Positions 46,482 through 55,865 of a DNA stretch of 64,000 nt are shown piece after piece; the stretch's first letter is position 1, and the number at the start of each line of letters is the position of its first letter. This DNA is from Candidatus Marinacidobacterium sp. (lineage in GTDB: Bacteria; Acidobacteriota; Vicinamibacteria; Marinacidobacterales; Marinacidobacteraceae), in assembly GCA_965220965.1 (NCBI GenBank), contig OZ244852.1:640001-704000 (forward strand), in the 5' to 3' direction. Position numbers and translations under genes: made by a program. A model generated the notes under the pieces. The model made no database searches. It worked only from the letters and a program-made list of their open reading frames with translations, and was not told the DNA's origin.

Positions 46482-48052
46482 TGCTGTTTCCTTTCCTGAA
46501 GACGTTGCATGGCGCCGCCGATCGCGGCGGCGATCTCCGAGGCGGTGACCGCGTCCGCGCCGAGCCGTCGGCTCGCCTCCGCGCCGGCCGCTCCGTGCAC
46601 GAACACGGCGGCGCCCAGCGCCTCGGTGGGCGACAGGCCGCGCGCGAGAAGAGTCCCCGCGACGCCGGTGAGGACATCCCCCGAGCCGCCGGTCGCGAGC
46701 TCGGGACCGCCGGACAGGTTGACCGAAGCGGCGCCGTCCGGCGCGGCGACCAGCGTGCCCGGTCCCTTGTAGGCCACGACGCTCCCGGTGGCGCGCGCCA
46801 GCACGCGGGCCGCGGCGAGCCGGTCGGCGGGCGGGGGCGTGGCGCCCAGAAGCCGCGCCCCTTCGCCGCCGTGGGGGGTCAGCGCAAGACCTTCCCGTTC
46901 GCGCAGCTCCTCCGCCCGGCCGGCGAAGGCGTTCAGGCCGTCGGCGTCGAGCACCGCCGGGGCGGTCGTGGCCGCGACCAGGCGCCGCACCGCCTCGGCG
47001 CAGGCGTCGGATCCCCCGAGTCCCGGCCCCACCGCGAGGGCGTCGGCCCGAAAGGAACCAGCGAAGTCGCTCACCACGGCGGCCGCTTCCGGCGCCAACT
47101 GGCCATCCTCTCCGGCCGGGAGCGGGAGCCGCATGGCCTCGGGAGGCAGCCCGGTGAGCGCTTCCGACGGCCCCGCCACCGTCAGAAGCCCCACCCCCGC
47201 CGCCAGCGCCCCCCGCGCGGCGAGGGCCGCGGCGCCGGGCATCCGGCGCGAGCCGGCGACGAGCAGCAGGCGCCCCAGCTCCCCCTTGTGGGCCCCCGGC
47301 GCCCGCGTCGGGAGGAGTTCCGCCGCCTCCGGCGCGCCGATCGCGCGAAGCCCCTCGGGACCGGAGGAAAGCCACTGGTCCGGGATGCCGATCCGGGCGA
47401 CCCGCAGTTCCCCGCACGCCGAGCTCGCCGGGAAGACGACATGGCACACCTTGGCGGCGGCGAGGGCGACGGTGACGTCGGCGCGGAGCGCCACCCGAGG
47501 AAGTGCGCCGCTGTCGGTGGCCAGCCCGGTGGGGATGTCCACCGCCACCCGGGCCACGTCTTCGAACCGCGACTCCAGGTCGAGGACGACGCGTTCCAGC
47601 AGGCCCTCGAGCGGGCGGGTGACGCCGGTTCCGAGGATCGCGTCCACGATCACGTCGAGCGGCGACCCGCCGAGGGGTCTGTCGCCGAGCGCCCGGCGCC
47701 AGGCGTCCTCGTCGGGGATCTCGCGGACATCGAGCCCGAGCCGCTGCGCGGTCTCGAGGTTCGCCCGGGTGTCCGGCGCCAGCCGGTCCGCGGAGGCGAG
47801 GACGACGGCGGTCGCGGCGAGGCCCCGCTCGGCGAGCGCCCGCAGGATGACCAGGCCGTCGCCGCCGTTGCCGCCCCGTCCGCACAGGATGAGGATCCGC
47901 CCGCCGCCCCGGACGCGCTCCCGGACGAGCCCGGAAACGACCCGCGCCGCCTCCCGCCCGGCGTTCTCCATGAGGACCCGCGAAGGGATCCCGGCCTCCT
48001 CGATCGTTCGTCGGTCCGCCTCCCGCATGCGGGCGGCGGTGAGCACGTCCAT
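46478..48052 (-). CDS. nnr: Bifunctional NAD(P)HX epimerase/dehydratase
   Basis: 'LMENAG', 'GRGGNGGDG', 'VDAILGTG', 'VDIPTG', 'HKG..G', 'GPGLG', 'DADGL', 'TPH.GE', 'ATGGSGDVL.G'. Confidence 0.95.
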   Translation of the reverse strand: MDVLTAARMREADRRTIEEAGIPSRVLMENAGREAARVVSGLVRERVRGGGRILILCGRGGNGGDGLVILRALAERGLAATAVVLASADRLAPDTRANLETAQRLGLDVREIPDEDAWRRALGDRPLGGSPLDVIVDAILGTGVTRPLEGLLERVVLDLESRFEDVARVAVDIPTGLATDSGALPRVALRADVTVALAAAKVCHVVFPASSACGELRVARIGIPDQWLSSGPEGLRAIGAPEAAELLPTRAPGAHKGELGRLLLVAGSRRMPGAAALAARGALAAGVGLLTVAGPSEALTGLPPEAMRLPLPAGEDGQLAPEAAAVVSDFAGSFRADALAVGPGLGGSDACAEAVRRLVAATTAPAVLDADGLNAFAGRAEELREREGLALTPHGGEGARLLGATPPPADRLAAARVLARATGSVVAYKGPGTLVAAPDGAASVNLSGGPELATGGSGDVLTGVAGTLLARGLSPTEALGAAVFVHGAAGAEASRRLGADAVTASEIAAAIGGAMQRLQERKQQ

Positions 48053-48117
48053 GAGCCCTGGGATTCTGACGGATGGGGCGCTCCGGAGCCGGGTTCGACG
48101 GGCGTACTCTTTCCGGG

Positions 48118-49089
48118 ATGACCCCGTACTTCTCCGAGGAACTCGTCTCGGAAGCGCTGCCGATGGCCGACGCGGTCCGGGCGGTGGAGGCGGTGTTCGC
48201 CGAACTCGGCGCGGGAGGGGCTGAGAATCGTCCCCGCCAGCGGGTCCGGGTTCCCGGCCGGATGCTCCACACCATGAGCGCCGGGAGCGCCGAGCTCGGG
48301 TTCTGCGGGCTCAAGACCTACCTGACCGGACGCGACGGCGCCCGCTTCGTGGTGCTGCTGTTCGACGTCCGGACCGGTTCGCTCGCCGCGGTCATGGAGG
48401 CCGAGGCGCTCGGCCGGATCCGCACCGGCGCCGCCACCGGAGTCGCGGCGGATTACCTGGCGCCGACCGAGGCCCGCGCCTGCGGGATCGTGGGGTGCGG
48501 GTTCCAGGCCGGCGCGCAACTGGAGGCGCTCGCGGTCGTCCGTCCGCTCGAGCGGGTCGCGGCCTACTGCCGCGCGCCCGACCGGCGCCGCGCGTTCGCG
48601 GAGGAGATGAGCCGGCGTCTGGAGATCCCGGTGGCGCCCGCGCCCAGCGCGGAGGCGGCGGTCGCCGGGATGGACATCGTGGTCGCCGCCACCAGCGCCC
48701 GCGAGCCGGTGATCCATGGGGCGTGGCTCACCCCGGGAGCGTTCGTCGCCGGGATCGGGGGGAACTCGCTCCGTCGCCGCGAGCTGGACCGGGAGACGGT
48801 CCTCGGCGCCGAGCGCATCGTCGTGGACGATCTCGAGCAGGCGAAGATCGAGTGCGGGGATCTCGCCGCGGTGGTGGAGACCGGGGATCTCGCCTGGGAC
48901 CGGGTCGAGACGCTCGGCGCGGTCGTGGCGGCGGGGGCGAGAGCCGCGCCTCCCGGGGGCGCGCTGTTCGAGTCCCAGGGGATCGCCGCCGAGGACATCG
49001 CCGCGGCCGCCGTCGTCTACCGGCGCGCGCTCGGCGAGGCGGTTTCCCTGCCGATCCGGGGCCTCGAGACGCCGGATACCAACCCGTAG
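48118..49089 (+). CDS. Ornithine cyclodeaminase / mu-crystallin family
   Basis: 'RIRTGAA.GVA', 'GCGFQA', 'AAT.A.EP', 'ELD', 'FESQG.A.ED.A.A'. Confidence 0.92.
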   Translation: MTPYFSEELVSEALPMADAVRAVEAVFAELGAGGAENRPRQRVRVPGRMLHTMSAGSAELGFCGLKTYLTGRDGARFVVLLFDVRTGSLAAVMEAEALGRIRTGAATGVAADYLAPTEARACGIVGCGFQAGAQLEALAVVRPLERVAAYCRAPDRRRAFAEEMSRRLEIPVAPAPSAEAAVAGMDIVVAATSAREPVIHGAWLTPGAFVAGIGGNSLRRRELDRETVLGAERIVVDDLEQAKIECGDLAAVVETGDLAWDRVETLGAVVAAGARAAPPGGALFESQGIAAEDIAAAAVVYRRALGEAVSLPIRGLETPDTNP

Positions 49090-49098
49090 GATCGCCTC

Positions 49099-49257
49099 AT
49101 GGCGCCGCCCCTCCTGCTTTTCGGGCCGTTCGAGGCCACCGAACTGCTCGTCGCCTGGGGGGTGGCTACGCTCGTCCTCTGGGGGTCTCCGCTCGTGCTG
49201 CTCGCGCTCTGGCTCCACCGTCGACGCCGGCGCCGAACCGGTAGAATCCGGCCATGA
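49099..49257 (+). CDS. Unannotated 52-aa membrane protein with TatA-like N-terminus
   Basis: [52 protein letters not shown]; stop overlaps the tatA start (ATGA); shares LLFGPF.ATELL with TatA, mostly via synonymous differences. Confidence 0.6.
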   Translation: MAPPLLLFGPFEATELLVAWGVATLVLWGSPLVLLALWLHRRRRRRTGRIRP

Positions 49258-49475
49258 CCTTCCCGCTCCAGGTACCGGTCCTCCTTTTCGGACCGTTCGG
49301 CGCCACCGAGCTCCTCATCATCCTGGGGATCGTGATCCTGATCTTCGGGGCCTCGAAGCTGCCGCAACTGGGCGCAGGTCTCGGGCAGGGGATCCGCAAC
49401 TTCCGGCACTCGATGAAGACGATCACGTCGCCCGGATCGGACGAGCCGTCGGAGGGCGAGTCGAAGAAGGAATAG
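49254..49475 (+). CDS. tatA: Twin-arginine translocase subunit TatA/E
   Basis: '[32 protein letters not shown]'. Confidence 0.93.
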   Translation: MTFPLQVPVLLFGPFGATELLIILGIVILIFGASKLPQLGAGLGQGIRNFRHSMKTITSPGSDEPSEGESKKE

Positions 49476-49534
49476 CGCTCCGAAAGCCCCACCTCCATCC
49501 GGCCGGGGCGCTTCCGGCGCGGGTGAGCGCGGCG

Positions 49535-50617
49535 TCAGACGATGACGCGCAGGCCGTCGTGGGCCAGGTCGAAGACCGGGTCCGGGGTCTCCATCACGGC
49601 TTCCCCGGTGTGAACCAGCAGCACGCGCTTCGCCCGCAGGCGGGGAGCGGCCTCCTCGAGGTCGCGGAGGGCGGTGTGTCCGGGGAGCGGGTCCACATCG
49701 GTGCACTCGTGGATCAGCAGGTCCGCCCCGGCCGCCTCCCGGATCATCCGTGAGGTGAGCCCGGAGTCGCCCGAGGCCACGATCCGGCGTCCGCCGAGCC
49801 GCAGGGTCCACGAGAGCGCCCACCCGCCCGGCTGGTGGTCCGCGGCGAACGCGACCGCCGAGCCGCCTCCGGCGCTCTCCGGGAGCCGGACGCCCTCCCC
49901 CGGCAGGACCTCCACGATCCGGGTGGGTGATGGTGGCGTGAATCCGGGATAGAGGCACTCGCGCAGCGCGGGGAGCCGGTCCCGGGCCCCCGGGGGCGCG
50001 ATGACCAGCAGCGGTTCGCTTCGCCCGGTGCGCAGCCCGTCCAGCTCGAGGAACGGGACCCCCCCGAAGTGATCCCCGTGGAAGTGGCTCAGGAGCACGG
50101 CGGCGACATCGGAGGGGGACAGGCCCTCGGCCCGCAGGCCGCCGGCGCACCCCGGTCCGGCGTCGAGCAGGATGCCGAGTCGCTGGCCCCGGACCCGGAG
50201 AAAGACGGCGGCGTTTCGCTTGCCGCCGGAGCCGAAGGCGTCGCCCGTGCCGAGGAAACGGACCTCGACGCCGTCCCCCTCGCCGGAGGCGGGGTCCGTC
50301 GCCCCCTCGGCGGCCTCCCGCTGGCAGTCGCGGCAGACGAAGGGCCGCCGCGCCTCGTCCTCGGCTTCCGGGTCGCCGACTTTCTCGCAGCGGCGGCAGC
50401 TCATCCGGGCGTCGCCGAGCGCGTCGCGACGCCGCTCGAGCAGTCCGGCGATGTGCCGGACGATCTCCTCGCGGTCCCCGGCGGCGAACAGCCGGGAGTC
50501 CTCCAGCGGGTCTTCCTCGGGCCGCCGCCGCGCCGTGACCCGGACTTCGACGGTTCGTCCCGGGTCCGCCTCGTCCTCGTCGTCGGGGTCGGCGAGGACG
50601 AGGAGCTCGAGAGACAT
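49535..50617 (-). CDS. RNase Z/BN-like MBL-fold hydrolase with N-terminal C4 zinc-finger domain
   Basis: 'FLGTGDAFGSGG', 'LLDAG', 'SHFHGDHFGG', 'SGDS', 'LIHECT', 'LVH'; N-terminal CRRC-x17-CRDC. Confidence 0.85.
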   Translation of the reverse strand: MSLELLVLADPDDEDEADPGRTVEVRVTARRRPEEDPLEDSRLFAAGDREEIVRHIAGLLERRRDALGDARMSCRRCEKVGDPEAEDEARRPFVCRDCQREAAEGATDPASGEGDGVEVRFLGTGDAFGSGGKRNAAVFLRVRGQRLGILLDAGPGCAGGLRAEGLSPSDVAAVLLSHFHGDHFGGVPFLELDGLRTGRSEPLLVIAPPGARDRLPALRECLYPGFTPPSPTRIVEVLPGEGVRLPESAGGGSAVAFAADHQPGGWALSWTLRLGGRRIVASGDSGLTSRMIREAAGADLLIHECTDVDPLPGHTALRDLEEAAPRLRAKRVLLVHTGEAVMETPDPVFDLAHDGLRVIV

Positions 50618-50627
50618 CCCGCCCGGA

Positions 50628-51518
50628 TCAGCCCGGCGCCGGCTGTCCGGTCCGGAGCTCCTGAGACGCGAGGAACACCAGGTCCTTCTCCGGATCCGGT
50701 GGCCTCGCCGAACCCGCCGGCCGGTAGCCCCGCAGGTCGACGGCGGCCCGGGGATATCCGGCCGCCCGGAGCCCGGCGGCGAGCCGTCGCCGCATCTCCG
50801 GCGCCAGCGCGAGGCGGATGTCGTCCGGAGCGAGTTCGATCCTCGCCATCTCCCCGTCATCCCGGACCCGGAAGGCGGAGAAGCCGAGGTTCCGGACCGC
50901 CGCCTCTCCCGCCTCCACGCGTCCCAGCGCTCCGGCGGTGATCGGAACCAGACGCTCAACGCGGGAAGCGAGGCACGCCGAGGCGGGCTCCTCGGCGACC
51001 GGCAGACCGGCCTCGCGCGCCAGCGCCCGGATCTCCTCCTTCCCGAGTCCCGCCTCCAGAAACGGCGAACGGACGCCGTGGACCGAGGCGGCGCGGCGGC
51101 CTGGCCGATGGTCCCCGAGGTCGTCGCGGTTCGTCCCGTCGAGCACGGTCGCGAAGCCGCGGGAGCGGGCAAGTCTCCGCAACGTTCCGTAGAGCTCGTC
51201 CTTGCAGAAGAAGCACCGGTCGGCGCCGTTTCGGCGATAGGACGCGTCCTCGATCTCGTTCGTGTCGATCCACTCGTGCGGCATCGGGCTCTCGTTCAGC
51301 ACCGCCTCCACCAGGCCCCGCTGGTAGGACGAGAGGCTCGGACTCACCCCGGTCACCGCGAGGCTCCGGGCGCCCAGCACGCGGAAGGCGTGGTGGGCGA
51401 GCGTGGCGCTGTCGACCCCTCCGCTGAGCGCCACGACCGCCGATCCGCAGTCCTCGAGGACGTTCGTCAGGGAGGCCAGCGCGGCCTCCGCGGACCCCGC
51501 GTTAGCTGTCCCGGACAC
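50628..51518 (-). CDS. larE: LarE-family ATP-dependent sulfur transferase
   Basis: PP-loop 'SGGVDS', 'RCFFCK', 'DGTN.DD..D.RPG', 'CLASR', 'RVR....ARIE'. Confidence 0.9.
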   Translation of the reverse strand: MSGTANAGSAEAALASLTNVLEDCGSAVVALSGGVDSATLAHHAFRVLGARSLAVTGVSPSLSSYQRGLVEAVLNESPMPHEWIDTNEIEDASYRRNGADRCFFCKDELYGTLRRLARSRGFATVLDGTNRDDLGDHRPGRRAASVHGVRSPFLEAGLGKEEIRALAREAGLPVAEEPASACLASRVERLVPITAGALGRVEAGEAAVRNLGFSAFRVRDDGEMARIELAPDDIRLALAPEMRRRLAAGLRAAGYPRAAVDLRGYRPAGSARPPDPEKDLVFLASQELRTGQPAPG

Positions 51519-52008
51519 CGTCGCTCCGCCTCCAGGGGCCGCTCTTGCCGCCGCGTTTCTCGAGGAGCCGCACGGCGCCGATCTCCATGCCCCGGTCGAT
51601 GGCCTTGAGCATGTCGTAGACGGTCAGCGCCGCAACCGAGACTGCGGTGAGCGCCTCCATCTCGGCGCCGGTGGACGCCCGGCACCGGACCCGCGACCGG
51701 AGTCGGACGCCGCGCTCCTCGAACTCGGCGGTGACCTCCACGTCGTCGAGGGGCAGGGGATGGCACAGCGGGATCAGCGAGGCGCACGCCTTCGCGGCCT
51801 GGATGCCGGCGATCCGCGCGGTCTCGAGGACGCTTCCCTTCGGCGCATTGCCCGTCCGGGCCGCTTCGAGCGCCTCCGGCGAGACCGAGACGAAACCCTC
51901 GGCGGCGGCCTCCCGCCGGGTGACCGGCTTGGCGCCGACGTCCACCATGCGCGCGCCGCCACGGTCGTCCACGTGGCTGAGCGCTCCCGGTCCCGGCGCG
52001 GAGCTCAT
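51502..52008 (-). CDS. moaC: Cyclic pyranopterin monophosphate synthase MoaC
   Basis: 'LSH.D..G.ARMVDV..K', 'LIPLCHPL', 'TG.EMEAL', 'YDMLKA', 'K.GGKSG'. Confidence 0.97.
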   Translation of the reverse strand: MSSAPGPGALSHVDDRGGARMVDVGAKPVTRREAAAEGFVSVSPEALEAARTGNAPKGSVLETARIAGIQAAKACASLIPLCHPLPLDDVEVTAEFEERGVRLRSRVRCRASTGAEMEALTAVSVAALTVYDMLKAIDRGMEIGAVRLLEKRGGKSGPWRRSDGVRDS

Positions 52009-53288
52009 GTCCGCGAATCCTCCCACCAGGACCCTGCGTCCGGAAAGCCCTCGAGCGGCATGGCCAGGATCTCCTCGCCGGCGGGAATCACCCCGGCGTT
52101 CTCCGGCGCGACGAGAAGGGCGTTCGCCTGTCCCAGCGCGCCGATGTCCGCCGACCCCACGGAACGGACCGGCCGGGCTTCGAGCGAGCCATCCGGCCCC
52201 GAGGCGACGCGCCCCGGGAGGAAGGCGCGACGGCCTCCGCGGTTCGTCAGCGGGGCGGCGAGGCGCGCCCGGACCCGCGGGCGATCGGGATGCGACATCC
52301 CCTCCAGCCGGTCGAGCGCCGGGCGGGTCAGCACTTCGAAGGTGGTGAACGCCGACACCGGGTTCCCCGGCAGCCCGAAGATCAGCCGGCGGCTCTCCTG
52401 GCCGTCGTCACGCACGCCGAAGACGAAGGGCTTTCCCGGCCGGATCCGGACGGCGGTGACCAGCAGCCGCGCGCCGAGCCCTTCGAGCACGGGCTCGACG
52501 AAGTCGAACCGACCCATCGAGACGCCGCCGGAGAGCAGGAGGACATCGGACTCGAGGCCCACGCGCATCGCCCGGGCGAGCGCCGCCGGATCGTCCCGCA
52601 CGATGCCGAGCCGCCGCACCGGAAGCCCGAGGCTGCGGGCGCGGGCCGCGATGAGGTGGCTGTTCGCGTCCCGGATGCGCGCGGGTCCCGGCGCCCGGGC
52701 GCGCGGATGGACCAGTTCGTCTCCGGTGGAGACGACCGCGATCCGGGGGCGCCGTCCCACCAGCACCCGGGTTCTGCCGACGGCGGCGAGCACCCCGGTC
52801 GCGGGGGAGGAGAGACGGACGCCGGGGGTCAGGAGCGGCGCGCCCGCCCGGATTTCGGCGCCCCGCGGAGACACCCGCGTTCCCGGGCGGACCGGAGGCG
52901 GGGTCGTCCCCGGCGCCGGCCAGGAGACGAATTCGGTTCCCCCCTGGGTTTCCCGGACGGTGTGCTCCACCATGATGGCGGCGTCGGCGCCGGCCGGCAT
53001 CGGCGCTCCGGTCATGACCGCCACCGCCTCGCCCGGACCCACCGGGACGCGGGGCCACTGGCCGGCGGCGACTTCGCCCACCACCCGGAGCCGCCCGCCC
53101 CCGGCCAGCGAAGCCGCGCGGACCGCGTAACCGTCCACCGAGGCCCGGTCGAACGGCGGCTGGTCGCGGTCGGCGGCCACCGCCTCGCGAAGCACGCGTC
53201 CCCGGGCCGAACCCAGCCCGACCACCTCGGCGGGAAGCGGCCGGGTGTGCTCGAGGACGACGGCGGTCGCCTCCTCGACGCTCAGCAT
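52005..53288 (-). CDS. moeA: Molybdopterin molybdotransferase MoeA
   Basis: 'PPFDRA.VDGYAV', 'MTGAPMP.GADA', 'STGDEL', 'SGGVSMG..D', 'RPGKP', 'GLPGNPVS'. Confidence 0.96.
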   Translation of the reverse strand: MLSVEEATAVVLEHTRPLPAEVVGLGSARGRVLREAVAADRDQPPFDRASVDGYAVRAASLAGGGRLRVVGEVAAGQWPRVPVGPGEAVAVMTGAPMPAGADAAIMVEHTVRETQGGTEFVSWPAPGTTPPPVRPGTRVSPRGAEIRAGAPLLTPGVRLSSPATGVLAAVGRTRVLVGRRPRIAVVSTGDELVHPRARAPGPARIRDANSHLIAARARSLGLPVRRLGIVRDDPAALARAMRVGLESDVLLLSGGVSMGRFDFVEPVLEGLGARLLVTAVRIRPGKPFVFGVRDDGQESRRLIFGLPGNPVSAFTTFEVLTRPALDRLEGMSHPDRPRVRARLAAPLTNRGGRRAFLPGRVASGPDGSLEARPVRSVGSADIGALGQANALLVAPENAGVIPAGEEILAMPLEGFPDAGSWWEDSRT

Positions 53289-53382
53289 CCCGGCCCCCGG
53301 GCGGTCGCTCCCGCGCCGGCGCCCGGCTCGCCGCCGGATCGGGGGTCGCTGGCCGCTCGCCGGCGCCGCGGGCGATCCGGAG

Positions 53383-53730
53383 TCAGGCGTCCGCCTCGAA
53401 GCTCGCCACCGCCTCGTCCTCGGTCTCGTAGACCTCGAAGAGCGGCAGCACCCGGGCCACATCGAGGGCGCGGGCGACGCGCTCCCGGGGGTGGAGCGCC
53501 TTCAGCGCGCCTCCCGCTTCTCCGACCCGGCGCGCGGAGGCCACGAGTTCGCCGAGGCCGCCGCTGTCGATCACGCTCACTTCGCTCAGGTCCACCACGA
53601 TCCGGGTCCGACCCGACTCCACGAGCACGTTCACCGCCTCGCGCAACTGCGCGTCGCCGTGGCCGTCCACCAGACGTCCGTTGAGCTGCAGCACCGCGAC
53701 GCGGCCCCGGTCCTTCAGGTCGAGTTGCAT
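53383..53730 (-). CDS. STAS-domain anti-sigma factor antagonist
   Basis: 'L.GRL', 'IVVDLSEV..IDSGGLGELV' phosphorylatable Ser motif, 'E.EAVASF'. Confidence 0.92.
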   Translation of the reverse strand: MQLDLKDRGRVAVLQLNGRLVDGHGDAQLREAVNVLVESGRTRIVVDLSEVSVIDSGGLGELVASARRVGEAGGALKALHPRERVARALDVARVLPLFEVYETEDEAVASFEADA

Positions 53731-53735
53731 CCGGC

Positions 53736-55637
53736 CTACCCGATCAGCGAATGGAGCGCCTGCCGGTCGATGCGGATCTGGTAGCTCTCCTGGACGGTGG
53801 CGAGGAAAGCGGACCACAGGCGAGACCTCTTCTCCTCGGCCATCTGGGCCCGGAAGGGCTCCTTCTGCTCCTCGAACTCGGCTTCGTCGTAGCCCGCGAG
53901 GCTGTTTACGCGGATGACGGCGTAGCCCCGATCGGCCTCCACCGGCCCGAGAGTCTCGCCGGGCGCCGCCGCGAAGACCGCACCTTCCGCCGCGGGAAGG
54001 ATCCCGGCCGCGCCCAGCGGACTGCCGCGGAACCAGGTCGGCAGCGGCGTGGGGTCGGTCGGCGGGGTCTCGCCGGCGGTCGTCGCGGCGAGAACGCTCC
54101 CGGCCTCCTCCCGCGCGAGCTCCATCGCGCGCTCGTTGCGCATCTCGCTCATCAGTTCATCGCGGACCGCATCGAACTCCGGCACGTGGGGCGCCCGCTC
54201 CTCGGTCACCTCGATGAACGCAACCCCGGTGGCGAGGGCGACCGGGCCGCCCACGTCGCCGACATCCAGCGCGAAGGCCACGCTCGCCGCCTCGGCCGAG
54301 GCCAGTTCGAAGACGACTTCGCCCTCGGCGAAGAAGTCGGTCTCCTGCACCATGACGAGCGGATTTCCGCCGAGGAGGTCTTCGAGGCGCCCGGCGCCGG
54401 ACACCAGCTCTTCGAGTTCGATGACCCGCGTCTGCAGCAGTTCCGACGCCTTCTCCCGGCGAATCGTGGATTCGATGTCCTCCTGCACTTCGGAGAGCTC
54501 CTGCGTTTCCGCCGCCTCCAGACGCTCGAGGCGGACCACGTGAAAGCCGTAATCGGTCCGGATCGGATCGCTGATTTCCCCGGGCGCCAGAGCGAAGACC
54601 GCCTCCGAGAACTCGGGGAGCATCTCCTCCGGACCGAACACTCCGAGGGCTCCGCCGTCGCCGGCGGTCATCTCGTCCGCCGAGTAGGTGCGCGCCAGCT
54701 CGGCGAAGTCCTCTCCCTCCCGGGCCCGGTCGGCCAGCCGGGCGGCGAGCGTGCGCGTCGCCTCCTCATCGCCTTCGGACTCGGGCTGGAGCAGGATGTG
54801 GCTGGCTTCGGCGCGCTCGCCGGTCTGGTACTGGAAGAGGTTGCGGTCGTAGTAGCGCTGCACTTCCCGCTGGCGCACCGCGACTTCCTCGGCGATGGTC
54901 TGCTCCGAGAGCGTGAAGTAACGGATCCGCCGCTGCTGCGGGAGTTCGAGCGCCGCGGGGTTCTCGTCGTAGCGCGCCCGCGCCTCCGCCTCGCTCACCT
55001 CGACCTCTCCGAGGCGCGCCGCCGAGGAGACGAACCAGACATCCAGCGAGGCGCTCTCGTTCCGGCGGCGGTATTCCTCGAGCAGCTCCAGGTCCGAGAC
55101 ATGCGGGGACTGGGTGACGAGCGCCCGCAGCTTCTCCGCAAGCAGATCCGACCGGACCGAGTCCTCGAAGGTCCGGGGGTCGAGCCGCGCCGAGCGCAGC
55201 AGGTCCAGATAGGCGGCGGTTCCGATGAACGCCCCTTCACGCTGGAAGGCCGGCGAGTTGGCGATGGCTGCGCCCACCTCCGCGTCGGTCACCCGTAAAC
55301 CATGGCGCCCGGCTTCCAGAACGAGCATCCGGTCGCGGATCAGATCCGTCGCGACCTGTTCCGGAATCCCGAGCTGACGCGCGAGGTTGGCCGAGAACTG
55401 GCCGCTGGTCTGCTCCTGATACTGCTGCGCCACCTGGCGATAGCGGTCCAGAAAGGCGGAGGCCCGGATCGGCTCGCCGTCGACCCACGCCACGCCTCGC
55501 CGCATGGCGGCGGTGGCCGGGTCCCCCATGAAGTCGGGGAAGTAGAGGGCCACGAAGGCCAGGATGACGAGCGCGAGCAGCCCGGCTCCGAAGAACCAGC
55601 CGAACGACTTGCGGTTGCGGAAATACTCGAGGATCAT
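53736..55637 (-). CDS. ppiD: PpiD-like membrane-anchored parvulin peptidyl-prolyl isomerase/chaperone
   Basis: N-terminal TM, SurA_N domain, 'ASHIL', 'DFAELA..YS.D', 'GG.LG', 'TDYGFHV'. Confidence 0.88.
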   Translation of the reverse strand: MILEYFRNRKSFGWFFGAGLLALVILAFVALYFPDFMGDPATAAMRRGVAWVDGEPIRASAFLDRYRQVAQQYQEQTSGQFSANLARQLGIPEQVATDLIRDRMLVLEAGRHGLRVTDAEVGAAIANSPAFQREGAFIGTAAYLDLLRSARLDPRTFEDSVRSDLLAEKLRALVTQSPHVSDLELLEEYRRRNESASLDVWFVSSAARLGEVEVSEAEARARYDENPAALELPQQRRIRYFTLSEQTIAEEVAVRQREVQRYYDRNLFQYQTGERAEASHILLQPESEGDEEATRTLAARLADRAREGEDFAELARTYSADEMTAGDGGALGVFGPEEMLPEFSEAVFALAPGEISDPIRTDYGFHVVRLERLEAAETQELSEVQEDIESTIRREKASELLQTRVIELEELVSGAGRLEDLLGGNPLVMVQETDFFAEGEVVFELASAEAASVAFALDVGDVGGPVALATGVAFIEVTEERAPHVPEFDAVRDELMSEMRNERAMELAREEAGSVLAATTAGETPPTDPTPLPTWFRGSPLGAAGILPAAEGAVFAAAPGETLGPVEADRGYAVIRVNSLAGYDEAEFEEQKEPFRAQMAEEKRSRLWSAFLATVQESYQIRIDRQALHSLIG

Positions 55638-55865
55638 GCGTCTGGAGGAGGGGGGTCGCCGGCCGCCGGATCCCGGTCCGGCGGGAATCGTCCGGGCGCC
55701 TGCGGGTGGCGCGGACGGGGCAACCCCTCATCGTACCGCCGCCTCTGTACGCCGGGCAAACCGGCTGTAGACTTTGGCGCGGATGCGGACCGTCCGGGGA
55801 ATCTCCGGGGCGAAATCCGAACCTTCCCGCCGCCTCGACCAGCGCCACCCTGAGGGCCCGGACTC

